From Utricularia gibba (Eukaryota > Plantae > Magnoliophyta): a DNA stretch of 64,000 bases. The stretch lies in assembly GCA_002189035.1 (NCBI GenBank), contig NEEC01000008.1, positions 1,364,001 to 1,428,000 of the forward strand, given 5' to 3'. Each line of letters opens with the position of its first letter. Positions within the stretch are counted from its first letter, which is position 1. Position numbers and translations under genes: made by a program. Positions 38,790-51,984 of the stretch are shown here, piece by piece. The notes below the pieces were generated by a model. It ran no database searches and was not told the DNA's origin. It saw only the letters and a list, made by a program, of their open reading frames with translations.

Positions 38790-41051
38790 TCAGAGAGTGA
38801 CGACAAAAGGAGGTGCGTCTGTTCTCGGCCCAGCTAGTGACCGGTAGACGTAGATCCTGTCCGCCGCACGGTCGTCATCAGTTTCTTCTTCTTTGATCAC
38901 TTCGACATTCAGCCTGGGCATCTCCTTTGCGAGTTCGCTGCAGCCCCTCATCGTCACGGCACACGAGGACATCCACAAGGATCGCATCTTCTCGTATTTC
39001 GAGAGCCCCGATAACAAGGCTCCATTTCCGAAAGGGCAATCTCTGATCTCAAGCTTTCTCAGTTTCGGGCAGCCTTCTAGAACGCACTGCATCCCTCTAT
39101 CACTGCTCCCAGCAAAGGCGACAGAGAGCGTCTCAAGATTCTTTGCATATCTGCCGATGTACTCAAATGTCAGGTCAGTTAGAAGGCCCGAAACTGAAAG
39201 TCTTTTGAGTTTGCCGCAAGTTTTAGTCACAGCGCCGAAGGCCTCGTCCATGGGTTCATCAGTCGCATGATCTGGCTGCCAGGGGTTCATAATGCAGAGC
39301 CGGAAATGAGTGAAATCTGGGCAGTTTTGAACGACGGCCTTGACAGCAGCATTAGTCATCCTCCTGCAGAAGTAGAGGACGTAGTGAAGTTGCCGGCATC
39401 CACGGGAAACAGCTTCAAAGCCCACCTCCGTCACACCAGGGCCATCATGATCAAGGTCAAAAGGATCATATGGAAGAACGCGATACTCTTGGAGCATGGG
39501 ACAGCTTGATCCAATGGCTTCGAGCCCTTGTCCTCAACAGTATCGAGAACCTAGAGATACATGAAAAACTGATTAACATTGACAAGCAAAACCTTTATAG
39601 TTTACAGTTGAAGCAAAAAAGCTTACCCAGATGCGGCGTAGATTGGGGCACTTGCTGAGAAGTCTTGAAAAATCACCACTGCCAAGGGGTGCATCAGTTA
39701 AGTTCATGAAAGTCAAGCCAGCACAAGCACCAAAGAAAATGGGGAGATAGAAAGGATTTGAATCCCAGAGCAGAGTGAGGACTTGGAGATTTTGACACTT
39801 GTTGAAATTACTTTCTAGATCCTTGTAGTGATCGTTGTGAGGTGCTTGCAAGGAGACTCCAATGCCAAGCTCAGTAAGCTGAGTCGTGTGCGCTAACAAC
39901 TGATGAAGTTGGTCTGAAGGAATGCTTTCATTTAACTTCAGAACTTTTAATGATTTGCATCGGGTAACGAGTCTTTCCAGATCATCAAAATTCACATCAC
40001 TGTCGAGCCTGCTGAAGTTTAGCACTTCTAGTGAGTCGAAGTTTTCTGGAAATCCACTCACCCAGTCTCCACGTCCATCCAGCATAACACAGTCTTGGAT
40101 ATCAAGCTCAGTCAAGTTCCTGTAAATTGATAAATACATCGGAATCCAGTGATGGCATAAAAAGAAGTGAAATCCGATGGTTAAACAACGCGAAACTACT
40201 GAGGGATGAACCAAATAATAATACAAGGCTGTTCCCAACTAAAGCGGTCACTTAACATAGCAACAAACTAACATAGTACTTCAAATAGGAGGCTGCTTCA
40301 TGCAATATTCGCACTGCTATTATTCCAGACACTTCCAACAATATGATAAAGGGGAAAGAAGATATCTTGTCAGCAAAAAGGCTGTAAATAATGATAACAA
40401 CACACATAAGATACAACTAACTGGAAATTATCAGATCCAAAATTTTTCATTAGATGGTACTTACGTAAGCCTTTCAATTATTCAATATGAAACTTCACAC
40501 TTAAACAAGAAAAAATGGGATTATCACCTGCAATTCCTGGCAACGGCTTTCAGTCCATCATTGGAAAAGCCTTCACAGCTAGAAAGAGACAAAGCCTTGA
40601 AGCTGGGAAATGAATCTGCTATGAGCTGTAAACTATCATCCCCGATCATCATCCTCTTTAATCTCAGCTCCTCCAGAAACGGGTAGACATTGGAAAATTT
40701 AACTAGCCAAGAATGCACATTTGCTCCCCACCCCGGTGGAAGCATATTGAAATCTGAAAACCTGGGCTTCCCCTTTAGTAATACACTTTTAATTCTTGGA
40801 AACCTCCTAGCCACGATTTCCGGGGATACGGCATAACAATTTCCAATGAAGAGCTTCGATCTAGTCCATCTCTCAGCATTGTACCAGTCTTTACAGACAA
40901 GCGAGATTGAATTCCGGTCCTTGTGTGAATCTACGAATGAAAGAACTTTCTCCAATACTTCATCCGGGAAAGGAGGATGAGGATGAATTGATCCATTTGA
41001 CATGGATTTGATTGAAGGGCAGTCCTTGAATCGTTTTTGGCTCGAAACCAT
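38790..41051 (-). CDS. AFB6: TIR1/AFB auxin receptor F-box protein, AFB6-like clade; 3 exons; apparent 1-bp deletion at 39525-39527
   Basis: FPDEVLEKVL..DRNSISLVCKDWY, KGKPRFSDF, FRLCIM, RLSVSGLLTD, RKLEIRDCPF, MRSLWMSSC and YRSLAGPRTDAPPFV; no acidic AFB4/5 N-terminal extension. Confidence 0.85.
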
Positions 41052-42537
41052 TCGAGATTTCCTAGAGTGGCTCACCGCGGACCAGTGCAGACTCGAACTC
41101 GAATGGCCTGCGGAAGTTAAACAAAAAAACCTTCAGTAATCAGGTCCATCTTAAGGTGTACAACCCGAAAATCCCACAAAACCATAGGGAACTCATGGAA
41201 AAATTCAAAACCCATCCCACTTCAAGATACCATACCCAATCTACAAACAAGATCCGTAAAGAGGTCAACCAGACCCAAAAAAAAACTCAATCTTCATTTC
41301 CTAAACCAGTAAGCGGTAACAGAAATCAAAGAAGAAGTTGAACACCCGTCACAAGTCCGAAAAATTAATGGGATCTACAGAAAATCACAGGGCTACCAGG
41401 CACTAGCACAAATTACGGGACAACGCGAGATTTGTGGAGAAACAGAAATACAAAACAAGAGAAGATGATGTTTACCTCTGTGCCAAGCGCTTGGGGGAAG
41501 AGAAGTCGGATTACGGCGAAAAAAAACGACTAAAAAAACATCGCACCCATCAAACAGTGACCGAAAATTGCACAGTAGAAAGTCGATAAAACTTTAAACT
41601 TGAATGATGAACCAGTGAAATGCTTATCCGATGAAAACCCCAAAAAATACATACGTGATTTCTATATATCTATATATATACACACACACATCACTTCCTA
41701 AGGAAAATCTCTAGAAAAACCGTGTACAACAACTGCTACTTCATAAAAGCCCTTCATAATTAGGCAGCCCCACCCAGGAAGGATGAAGGAAGCTAACCCT
41801 TTTGACAAATAATGGCGACTGGGAGCACCCGGAGCTCCTCCGCCGTCGGATCCGCGCACCACCCATCCTATCATCCTCCACGTGTACCGCCATGGATGAT
41901 CCCCCATCGCCGTCCGGCGCACGATAGCGTAATATGCCTGACTCTGACCATAATCTTTTTTCCTGTGTGGTGGATAAATTCAATATATCGAAAATGACCA
42001 TAACCGCCATTTACAAGGATAATCGGTGAGTCGGCATTGTGGGTAGAAATGTCATTCGAGATACGCGACAGAGAAACGGGCGGGGCAAGTCCATTTCATG
42101 GATCTTACCTGATTTTGACCCGATTCAACAACACTCCAAATCCAAATCCAATCTAAATGTAAATGCTAAATCCGAATTCAATAAATAAAATCAATATAAA
42201 TTTATTTTTAAATATTTTCTTAATACATTAGGACTAGAGTGTTTTGTAAAAATGTTATTTAAACAATGGTTTAGGATATGGATAAGTTTGCACATGTGAA
42301 AAAAAAAAAGATCAGAAAAATAATGATTTTTCCTTTTACAGAAATGGACACGTAAAACGTTGTCCCCCAATTTTTAAATCAGCATGCTGGTGAGATCATC
42401 ATCCCTTTTTCCTCCGGTTCAGGCTGAACCGGGGGTCAGTGCCGCCACTCAGTGGGCTGCTATTGTCCATCGACGGTGGAGGAAAGGCCACCGCCGCGGC
42501 TCAAAAAGATTCCAAATAATAATACAACGAAGCATTC

Positions 42538-44037
42538 CTATGTTTGGACCAAACCATGACGTTTGAGGCATGTAACTGTATCCTCCTCGGCACTGCACAA
42601 CACCAGAGACAGAAACAAGTCTTTAAGGTTGTGTATTCAGGATGATAGAAATCAAGTTCTTTGTCTACCATCTGTATGTGCAAGAGGAGCCAGTTGAAGT
42701 TTTGTGTACCTTCCAGGTCTTATGATCTTGTACTCTCCAAACCTTGTAAGGTCGACGACAGTGGATCCGGCACGCCCCGAGGGAAGTGTTCCGTTGTCGT
42801 AGATGAAGGCACACTGCTTCCATAGGTGCTGAAAATCTTTAACATCTACGCTACTGGGGTGGCCACTCAGGTTGGCACTTGTGAGCGCCAGGGCACTCAT
42901 GGAACTACGAGCAACTGATCTGATGAACTCACAGTCAGGCACGCGTACACCTATGCTCTCCAACCCGGGATTCAAAGACTTCTCCAGGACACTTGATTCA
43001 CCTGATGCATTTAAATTAGAGAGATTCAGAAAGAGTTATGCTCATGATAGAGAATAAACAGCGTATCCTCATGGAGGATCATACAGGGGTAATTCACCTC
43101 GTATAAGGATCACAGTGACCGGCCCTGGAAGAAGAGAATCGAGCAATCCACATGGTAAATGGTCCACTATTGCGAACTTTGGTATATCCTTAACATCACC
43201 AACACAGATTGCAAGAGGACTGGTATGTTTACGACCCTTGATTTCATATATTCTTGTAACTGCTTCCATGGAGCTGTGATACTCCACCCAAGGACAAAAT
43301 TTACACATAAGCAAGAATGATATGCAGAAGTCCAGTCGTCTTCAAACGTTAGAACAGACGCACAACATGCAGTAAAACAATGAGCTTGAAGACACGCAAA
43401 AGAAAATGTTACATATAAGATACACTGCGGATAGCTTCACCCACTGTTTGAGTTACCCAACAATATCCCTCATTTATGAGGGAACCTCTTATTGGTCGTT
43501 TCTCAGAAGCAAACTTTATGTTCCGACAAAATCAGAGATTCTGAAACCTTATAATACGTCATTGCAAAAACAGGGAATACCATGAACTGAGATGATATAA
43601 ACGAGCATGCCACAAATTAGTAATCCAGTAAATGCTAAAGATGTACCAAGCATCACAGGCAAAGCCATAGAGTGTATCAGTCGGAACAGCGATCACTTTC
43701 CCGGCCTTCACGGCTCCAGCTGCCTCTTCGACATAAGCTTCTGTTGCGGGCCGCACAAAACCCATGAAGGAATTGTCCACTAAATCCCCAGCACATTTCT
43801 CTAGACCAGAGGCCATCCCCGAGGCGTAAATCCCACGAACTCTCTTCCTCCTACGTTGCGAACCTCCGAATAAACAACAGGCACATTTCATCGAACACAT
43901 GGAAGACAATACCAGTTCAATATGTTTAACCTATACTCGCGGGGAGCGGAAAAACCTGGGTAGGGTCGAAAGGGGACGGAGGAGAGAAATGTCAAGGCCC
44001 GTACTTGAGGAAGATTCTTAAGTGATAGCGATTTCAT
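42538..44037 (-). CDS. YRDC: YrdC/Sua5 threonylcarbamoyl-AMP synthase (t6A); multi-exon; start uncertain
   Basis: AVPTDTLYGFACDA, IYEIKGRKHTSPLAIC, LLPGPVTV, GVRVPD, ALTSANLSG and GSTVVDL; last exon SAEEDTVTCLKRHGLVQT*. Confidence 0.9.
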
Positions 44038-44711
44038 TACAGTTTTCCTTTCGTACCTCTTGTTCCCTTTCTGAGAACCGAAAACGCACACATCAAAAAC
44101 ATCTCACTCTTAGAGCGCGCACTCACTTCCAGATACTTACCCCAAACTAGTCAAGAGCATAAACAGTTTCACCAAAGAAAGCACAACACGCTTGAGAAAA
44201 CACAATGTGTAGGAGAAGGAACTGATAAAAAACCATACTAGAGATTCATCAACGAAGAATAACAAAAAAAGCACTCTTACCTCTTGGCTTAAGATACCCT
44301 TGCAACAGAACAAAAAAAATCCTACTCACTGTGCAGGAGATAACGAGAGCTTCCAAGCGAAGAGGAAGAAGAAGATGGTGATTCATGGGCCCAAAACCCC
44401 ATTCTTGGGCTCCATGGGTTAATACTCTCTGGGCTTTAGTTATTAAAACATTATATATGAAAGTTGTGGGCCCCAGAAAATTACATGCGGGGTAGATGGA
44501 TGACGAAAATCCGAGTCGAACTCGACACGGCTCGGGTGTCCCGCTAGCTATTTATATACACACTAACGAACATTAACTGAGCGAGTCCGGCGGCGGCGAC
44601 GCCACTGTTGACCTCTCTCTCTGCTCTTCTTCAACGAATGGGAGTTGAAGAAGATTGGATAAACAACAACTGACTGGGAGGGTTTTCTGCGGTGATGAAC
44701 AAGATATACAG

Positions 44712-45296
44712 TCAATCAGCAAACAGTGCAACGGAAATGGCGGCGAGTTTCGTGGGCGTCAACGATTTGCGATACACCAGCCGCGATTGCCTCGGCGCAT
44801 TCGGCGCTTCAACTTCACCCCGCAGCATCATCTCCTCCTCATCCACCTTGCGTGCCTTCCTGGGAGTGCTGTACGCGAAATGCCATTGCTTCGCTAGCAG
44901 CGTCTGCGGCACACAACTCAGAATCAAAGCGAGTTCGCATGGCAGCAGGAACCACAGAGAAACTTACAGCCTCTTTCACGGCCTTGGAAACCAAGAGTAA
45001 CTGTCTCAAATCCTGGTGCTCCACCCCACAAACGATTCTGACCTGCAATCAGAATCAAGGACGCGTTATGGAATGGGATTCAACAAAAACGGGGCAAATC
45101 GAACAGGCCCACGAACCAGAATCTCCTGAGGCAAATCTTGAAGCCTGGATTTCCCAAAAGAGGAATGCCTCTTGCTCTGTGAACTGTAATCCAAATTGTC
45201 GACAAAATGGATGCAGGAACAGGGTAAAGAAACGACCCTTTTTCTTCCAAAAGAAGTACTTCTCAGAAGCTCGATTACAGCCCCTTGATCCTCCAT
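44712..45296 (-). CDS. F-box stress-induced / SKIP27-like protein; 3 exons
   Basis: STSFGRKR, LQDLPQEIL|VRIVCGVEHQDL, AKQWHFAYSTPRK, EAPNAPRQ and ISVALF. Confidence 0.88.
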
Positions 45297-45548
45297 ATCC
45301 CGATTTTAACGCACAACAACAGATAAAAGGATCTAAGAAGACGGGTAGTAAAATAGCAACAGCAGGAATGACTCAAAATCTAAGAAATGGAAAATGGGGA
45401 AGTAACGGACTCGTTAAACAAGGAAACGAGATATATTCCAACTATAGTTGGCCAGCCATAAATTCCGATTCACGAAAATTTAGAGCTTTCTTTTTTACTC
45501 GAGACTTCCTCTCCCTTGGAGGGATCTTTTAAAAAAAAGACGTGGGCG

Positions 45549-45748
45549 ATATATAAACCTGAACTACCGCGTAGAGGAATGTAGCCGTTGATGAATGATG
45601 GGGTCACGTGGAGGGGAGTGATTGGCCAGGAGACGAAACGTGGGGAAGGTGGCTCCTACGCGCTTCTGTGGGCGGTCAAAGTCGGCTGCTCGATGGGTGA
45701 AGCTTTAACTTTCGAGGATCGGACCGACGGTCCGGATGCTGACACGTT
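45549..45748. promoter_or_regulatory. Stress-type cis-element cluster upstream of the FBS gene
   Basis: TATA-like 45549-45556; G-box CACGTG 45605; ACGTGG 45638; W-box GGTCAA about 45674; DRE cores GTCGGC 45681 and ACCGAC 45723. Confidence 0.5.
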
Positions 45749-46896
45749 GCGGAGATCGCTAGGGTGTGAAACCGAGAAAAAGTAACCATAAAAACTAGGG
45801 CAGGCCACCCGTGTGCCTTCTGAACATGTAACAAAAAATTAAAAAAAAAACCATTTTACTATTTATCTCATCCAATTATTTTCCATGGAAAAATCATAAA
45901 TAAATCATAAACATCAATATTCTATGAAAAATTAACAGGTTTCATAGTAGGTCATAATTATATACTCAATTATATCTAACATTTGATATTCAAAAATAGA
46001 AATATGAGTATTTGAATGATATAAATATAATTAATCTTTTCATCTCTTCTATTTATGTATACCATACACATGTTCAAAAAAATGATTATGTGAGCAATAT
46101 AATCATATAAGATTGATATACATATTCTAATTAATTTAACAACTATTTATATATAAAATCGGATATAAATCTTATATATATTATTAAATATCTTCTAATT
46201 TTCATGTAATTACTCTTCCACAAATCTTCAAAATCATATTATATTTATAATACATAAAACACGAAAACAAGATGTAATAACCCGAAAAACACATAAAAAC
46301 CAAAGTTGTCAGTAAAATCATTTCAAAAATAGTTTTGTTATCATATCATAAAAAAATTAAAATTTGAAATTGCTTTTTTTTTTCAAAAACATTGCTTAAA
46401 ATAAAAAATTAATATTTTAGATGATATTTTTGTTATATACATTATATGCTCAAGTGGATGGATTCCTGATTGGTCAACTTGTACTTAATGATTAGCCATT
46501 TAATGATCACTACAGAATCATAGTTTATCATGAAAATGATTTAAAATTTTAATGATTATGCTATTCGTCTTAAAATTATAAAATGAATTTTTGCTATAAT
46601 TACAAAGAGAATAATTATTTTCTTTGTAATAAAATAAACGATTAAAATTACATGAATATGGATAGAGATAGGTGCTGTGCTGGATGCGACGAGTTGGGGT
46701 GCAAATATGAATTTTGAAGAAAAGCGTGGTGTATTTTGCTAAAGTTTAAATATTGGGGTGTATTTTGTGAATTTGCACATGGGATGATGTGGGGTTTTTT
46801 GAAAACAAAAATGAAACTATTAGTATAATAAGTTCATTGGTTGGTGTCCCGAGGCTCATTCTCTCCATCCTTCTATGCGCTTCTTCCAGGCATTTC

Positions 46897-47487
46897 ATGC
46901 AAAACAATCTAATGGGATTGAGAACAAAGCAACTTTCCGGCGATCAGGGAGCACGTTTCGCGGCTGGGGAACGGCCGGAACCGGAGGCTCTCAACTGCCC
47001 GAGGTGTGGCTCCACGAACACAAAGTTTTGCTACTACAACAACTACAACAGGTCCCAGCCTCGCCATTTCTGCAAAGCTTGCAAGAGGCACTGGACGAAA
47101 GGAGGTGTCCTTCGCAACATTCCTGTCGGCGGTGTCCGGAAAAGCAAGCACCCCAAGAGTTCTATTCCGGCGGAGGGTAGGTGGAAGAATATCCATGGAG
47201 ATAGCGGAAAGGTAGGATCGAAAAGCTTGAGTCCACAAGTATCAGAAAATCATTACAAAAACAGAGGATCCGGTTCTAATATAATTCAGGAGAAGGCTTC
47301 TTTGATGAGTCCCTTGGAGCTGGAAGCTTCGTCTCTGGGTTCTCTTGACATTCCAACAACGACGAGTGGTTCATTCTGGCCAGAGACGAACTCTGGCATT
47401 GCGGATTACTGGAACTTTGACGATATAGATCTTTCAACTTACTCTGTTCTGGATAATGCTGCAGAATTCAACAATCTTCAACCGTGA
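46897..47487 (+). CDS. Dof zinc-finger transcription factor
   Basis: [46 protein letters not shown]; start codon uncertain. Confidence 0.92.
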   Translation: MQNNLMGLRTKQLSGDQGARFAAGERPEPEALNCPRCGSTNTKFCYYNNYNRSQPRHFCKACKRHWTKGGVLRNIPVGGVRKSKHPKSSIPAEGRWKNIHGDSGKVGSKSLSPQVSENHYKNRGSGSNIIQEKASLMSPLELEASSLGSLDIPTTTSGSFWPETNSGIADYWNFDDIDLSTYSVLDNAAEFNNLQP

Positions 47488-48039
47488 GCAAAGAGTGATT
47501 GTGATAACAATACCTTGATTCATTCGCATTCACAAATAGCTTCATGAAAAGACATGAATGGGACCTTGAAACAGCTGGTGAATGGGATGTCTGATGGAAG
47601 ATTCTTCTGGATAGGTGTGTTTTTGTACTTAACGTTTGGCACCTTGTTTCCATTTATTGTTGCAATAATATTTGGTTTCTTGTACACTTCCAGAGTGTTT
47701 TGTGACTCAATCACATGTAGGTTTTGTCTGTTTCCTCCTGCTGAGATGATCATTCCATTATAAAAGAAACATTTTACAGAGAGTAACATGGTCAGGAGAT
47801 AAGGGTGTGTTTTCCAACGATTACATGTCCGAAACCAGTGCCAATCCACTGCTAATCCAGATGCACTGTGACAGCAAACATTTCACCCTCGAGAATGAAC
47901 AAGGAAGCCTGATTACCTCTTCAATTCAGTGGAATGAACATTAGTTCAAGAATAATGCCACTGGTCCAAACTAATGCGCTACAGAGGATATGGAAATAAG
48001 TAAAATACCAGATGAAGGGACAGACGCTTCAATGAAAAA

Positions 48040-48260
48040 GGATGAAGAAATGAAGAAATAGCACAGCAACAAGTAAATGAGAGCCAAATGATCCACCCCC
48101 TGCTTTTACCGGGATACGGTGCTTTCCCACAGCATAAGCGCTTAGCAGGAGCCATTATCAGCACTTGGGCAACTGCCAGAAACACAAACGAGGTGGACAA
48201 GCCCATATCGGAGGATACTTTTGAGGTATAGTTACAGAGCATAAGTTTGTCAATGCCACT
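48040..48260 (-). pseudogene. Probable DUF1218 (MWL-like) gene remnant
   Basis: LCNYTSKVSSDMGLSTSFVFLAVAQVLIMAPAKRLCCGKAPYPGKSRGWII resembles the DUF1218 segment CVYDSDIA..GAFLFLLASQVIIM..RCFCCGK..PGGSR; other exons not recognisable. Confidence 0.45.
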
Positions 48261-49521
48261 CCGCAGAGACGATGAAATACAGGAGAAAACTCACTGGAGT
48301 TGCATTAAGACACCTGCTTGAAAACGTATTACTGACCTACCCTTTTTGTTTTAATCTGAATCTAAAATTTCACTACGTTTGATTAATCTGGAATTGGAGA
48401 AGTATTGATTAGACTAACCATTCTCTACTATAAATAAACGAAAAGCAATTAAATCGTCTGAAGATATTGAATACCTTCATTACCAGCAATTGCCCACTGA
48501 AAAGTAATACGAACCAAGGCAACTTTAATGGAGCCATCATCAATCAGTGGGTAAGGGAAGCAAGGACGCCGTTGTTCTTGTTCCATCTATTCCATTTCAA
48601 GTAAAAAAAGGAAGGATTTTGAACAAATCCCTAGATTTGGATGGGCGGGGTAAAGGACAAATCGTCCTCCCTCTCGGCTCGGCTTCACCGCATTTTTCTT
48701 TTCAATTTCCACCGTTAAGTTAAAAGGTCACGCTCCCCCACACTCCCACTGTTGAAGTTGGACGAAATGAATACCTGTGGGTACGGAAAGTTAAAAGTTG
48801 AAATGATGCTGAAGTAAAAAAATTATCTTTGGAGAAGATATCCGGCAGTAGTGAAGCTGGGTTTGTGGTAACTGGGATGCTCTTCATTGCACTGCTCTCT
48901 GATTAAATTTTCATGGGTTTCTTTGATTGCCATCAGCTGGTTTCATGATTTTGCCGTAAGGTCTTCTTTTGGTTGTTTCTATGATTTCCTTCTTCAATGG
49001 AAGAAGCTACTTGTTTGGAGATTTCTTGGTGGTGTGTTTCAATGTTGGTTTGAATTGCGGTTGACTTGCCTTTGAAAATTGCTTGTGACTCTGGATCCAT
49101 TTCTTCTTGTTCGTCCCCAAAATGGGTTTGTTCTTGTTGGGCACTTTTATCTGTACCAGCTCGATCTTTTGGTGTCTGATTGTATCTCAGTTCCCTTGTT
49201 GCAATTGTGGCGGGGAAAGGAAAATTTTATCACATCAACAGGCTGAAGTACTCCTTATTTCCTTTTCATTGGATTCAAGCTTAGCTGATATTGCTTGTTT
49301 CTTTTAAATGGCACTGCCACCATCACAGGATACATGAATGCTTGTGCAGCACATGGCCATATATATGTTTTCAATGAAAATTGGAGAAGCTTACATTACA
49401 TTTACATGCTACTTTGATCAGTTTTCCAAGATAGAATGGGAGCTGTTTGTCTGCTGTTTTTGTAACTCTTCATTCTCTTGTAGATTCAAGGTGTGATTTT
49501 CTTTTACCCTGAGGATCTCCA

Positions 49522-50529
49522 ATGGATGACAGTGCTCGCCGTGAAAACGGAAGGCAGAAGCCTACTCAGGGCCAAGTAGAGTTCTTGGTTACTTGTATTT
49601 TCAGTATGATTACAACGCTTGATTGAAAAATGCTTCTGTTTCAGTGGCTAATGCAGCATCAGCCGTCGATGAAGCATATAATGGGCGTCATGGCCGAAAG
49701 AGATGCCGCCATTCAAGAGAGGAATTTAGCTATTTCCGAGAAGAAAGCAGCCTTAGCAGAGAGGGACTTGGCGATTCTGCAGAGAGATACAGCTATAGCA
49801 GAACGGAACAATGCCATAATGGAAAGGGATAATGCTATTGCTGCTCTTCAGTACCGGGAAAACAATGTGAGTAGTAGCATATGTCAATGTTCTTCCGGTT
49901 GCCGGAGTTCTCATGGAGTGAAATCCATTCACCATTCCCAGCCGCAGGGACATGATCTGCCCCACGTTACCATTGCCGTTGTTGCTCCTGAACCTTCCAA
50001 GGCGTATCGTGAAAAGCGAGCCAAGGAGACTAAACCTGTGTCTACAACACCTTCAGGGAAGGCCTCCAAATCATCAAAAAAACTTAAACAAGAGGCTGAG
50101 GGTCACAACACAATGATCCCTTGGAAGAGTGACCCTGATTCAGATATCGCCATCGACGATCTCAACAGGCACGCTGGCACATCCAAGCAACACTGGAAGG
50201 ATCAGGAGCTTGGTTTGAACCAGGTTTCATTCGATGAGACGAAAATGCCTATTCCAGTGTGTTCCTGCACGGGAGTTCTCAGGGCGTGCTACAAATGGGG
50301 GAATGGAGGGTGGCAGTCATCTTGCTGCACAACAAACCTGTCAATGTATCCACTCCCCGCTGTCCCAAACAAGAGACATGCCCGAGTTGGTGGCCGGAAA
50401 ATGAGTGGAAGTGCATTCAGCAAGCTTCTCAGCAGACTTGCAGCCGATGGCCATGATCTGTCTAATCCTGTGGACCTCAAACCACATTGGGCAAAACATG
50501 GCACCAACCGCTACATCACGATCAAGTAA
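49522..50529 (+). CDS. BPC6: BASIC PENTACYSTEINE / BBR GAGA-binding protein, class II; 2 coding exons
   Basis: [11 protein letters not shown], alanine-zipper [11 protein letters not shown] repeats, [21 protein letters not shown] and [13 protein letters not shown]. Confidence 0.93.
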
Positions 50530-50966
50530 GCAACTTTTGCTGAACAAGCTCGTGGATGGGGCTATAGTCGAAGCTGCCACAGAAAGCTTTTGCTTCCCCT
50601 CAAGAACTGCTGCAACCCATCATCTCTGTTCTTATCCTCCCTTCGCCATCAGAATGCCTTGAGAATGCAGCTCGAGGAAGAATGTAACATCACTCTATAT
50701 TTTGTAATAATTCAAAATGCGCATGGGGTAGTTCCTATTAACACTACGCCAAACAATATTAATAATAAAATTAGCTAAATAATCGCATATCGCAAAATGA
50801 GGATGTGTAAGATAAAGATATCGTTTGATACTAAAGTATTGATATGTTTAAGTATAGTATATATTCAATTATATATAATACTTGATATCTTAGTATATAA
50901 ATCTAAGTATCTGATTGATATATATAAATAGTCATCTCCTCTATTTGTATAATATTATTCAGGTAC

Positions 50967-51494
50967 TGTTATGGGTGAAATCGGTATCTGTTGGGGGGCC
51001 GATTTCAAGTGATAGGCGCGGTCGGGAATGCCATGCTTAGTCACGTTCTTCACGGTTGGTGCGATTGAAATAAGAATGAGCAAGAATTTTTTACGTGGAA
51101 ACCGTCAGAAAGCGGAAAAACCACGGAGCTGCCAAAGCTCGCCGCAAAAGAGTTTCACTAGATGGAGATCGGGAAGAGGAGAATACAAATTGAAAAAATC
51201 TTTTTAGTCCAACTCCTTTTTTGTCATAATTTCGTCTATTTATAGGAGAGCTCATCTTGACTAAACCCTGACATCTGCAAATATCGGTTGCCTACTGCAC
51301 CGGTTATATGATCTCGCTTTTCAGATACCGCCCGCCCGTTATGCCGTAATTCGGCCGCTTTTCAGACTGTGTCATATGGCCATACCTGTCAGATTTCTGA
51401 CAGATATCGATCTGTCGCCTGGCGTTATCCTTTCAGGATCATTTTTGGCAGCTTTTTAGAGATCGACTGATTGTACCCGATTTGTACCCCATCA
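50967..51494 (-). repeat. 3' LTR (528 bp)
   Basis: TG...CA ends; direct repeat of 60539-61066; TATA (CCTATAAATAGA on minus strand) near 51236-51247. Confidence 0.95.
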
Positions 51495-51508
51495 TTCAGC
51501 CCCTCTGA
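51495..51508 (-). other. Polypurine tract
   Basis: AGAGGGGG(CTGAA) immediately before the 3' LTR on the minus strand. Confidence 0.8.
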
Positions 51509-51984
51509 TTTGCCGATTTTGGCCCTTCCGGGTAAATCGGGGATCAGAATTAATACTGCACCGATTCCAAGCCTACTATTTTTTATGGGGGTGCCCCAAG
51601 TCGATTAAGACTGAATTCCTTGCCACGCGTCACCTCTTAGGCTTGCCATGTTTTTTCCCGCTCATTCTGGGCATTCCAAACGACGCACCGTTTCGTCTCC
51701 CAAGTATTTCCCCTATTAATAGACGTTCTTTCCGTCATTTTTCCCCTTTGCCTTCTTGGTTCGCTCGCGTGATTTCAGTGCTCCCTGAACTCCGTTGCGT
51801 TTGCCGCCGTGAAATCCACCGGAGAAGGAGGTCTTCAAAGGTACCAATTTACCCTTCATCTCTTCCGCTCAGTCTTTTGGGGGCTCGGTTCCCCCCCCCC
51901 CCCCCCCCCCCTTTTGGGTCTCTTTCTCCTAGGGTTCTTTTTGCCCATTCTTAATTTTTCTGCTTCCTAACTCCCTCAACTACG

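Noticed and set aside
44726-45532. 268-aa plus-strand ORF
   Set aside because: Antisense shadow of the FBS gene spanning its introns
51891-51911. C21 run (and G18 at 53340-53357) as functional G-quadruplex elements
   Set aside because: Long homopolymers of unreliable length; nothing supports function beyond composition
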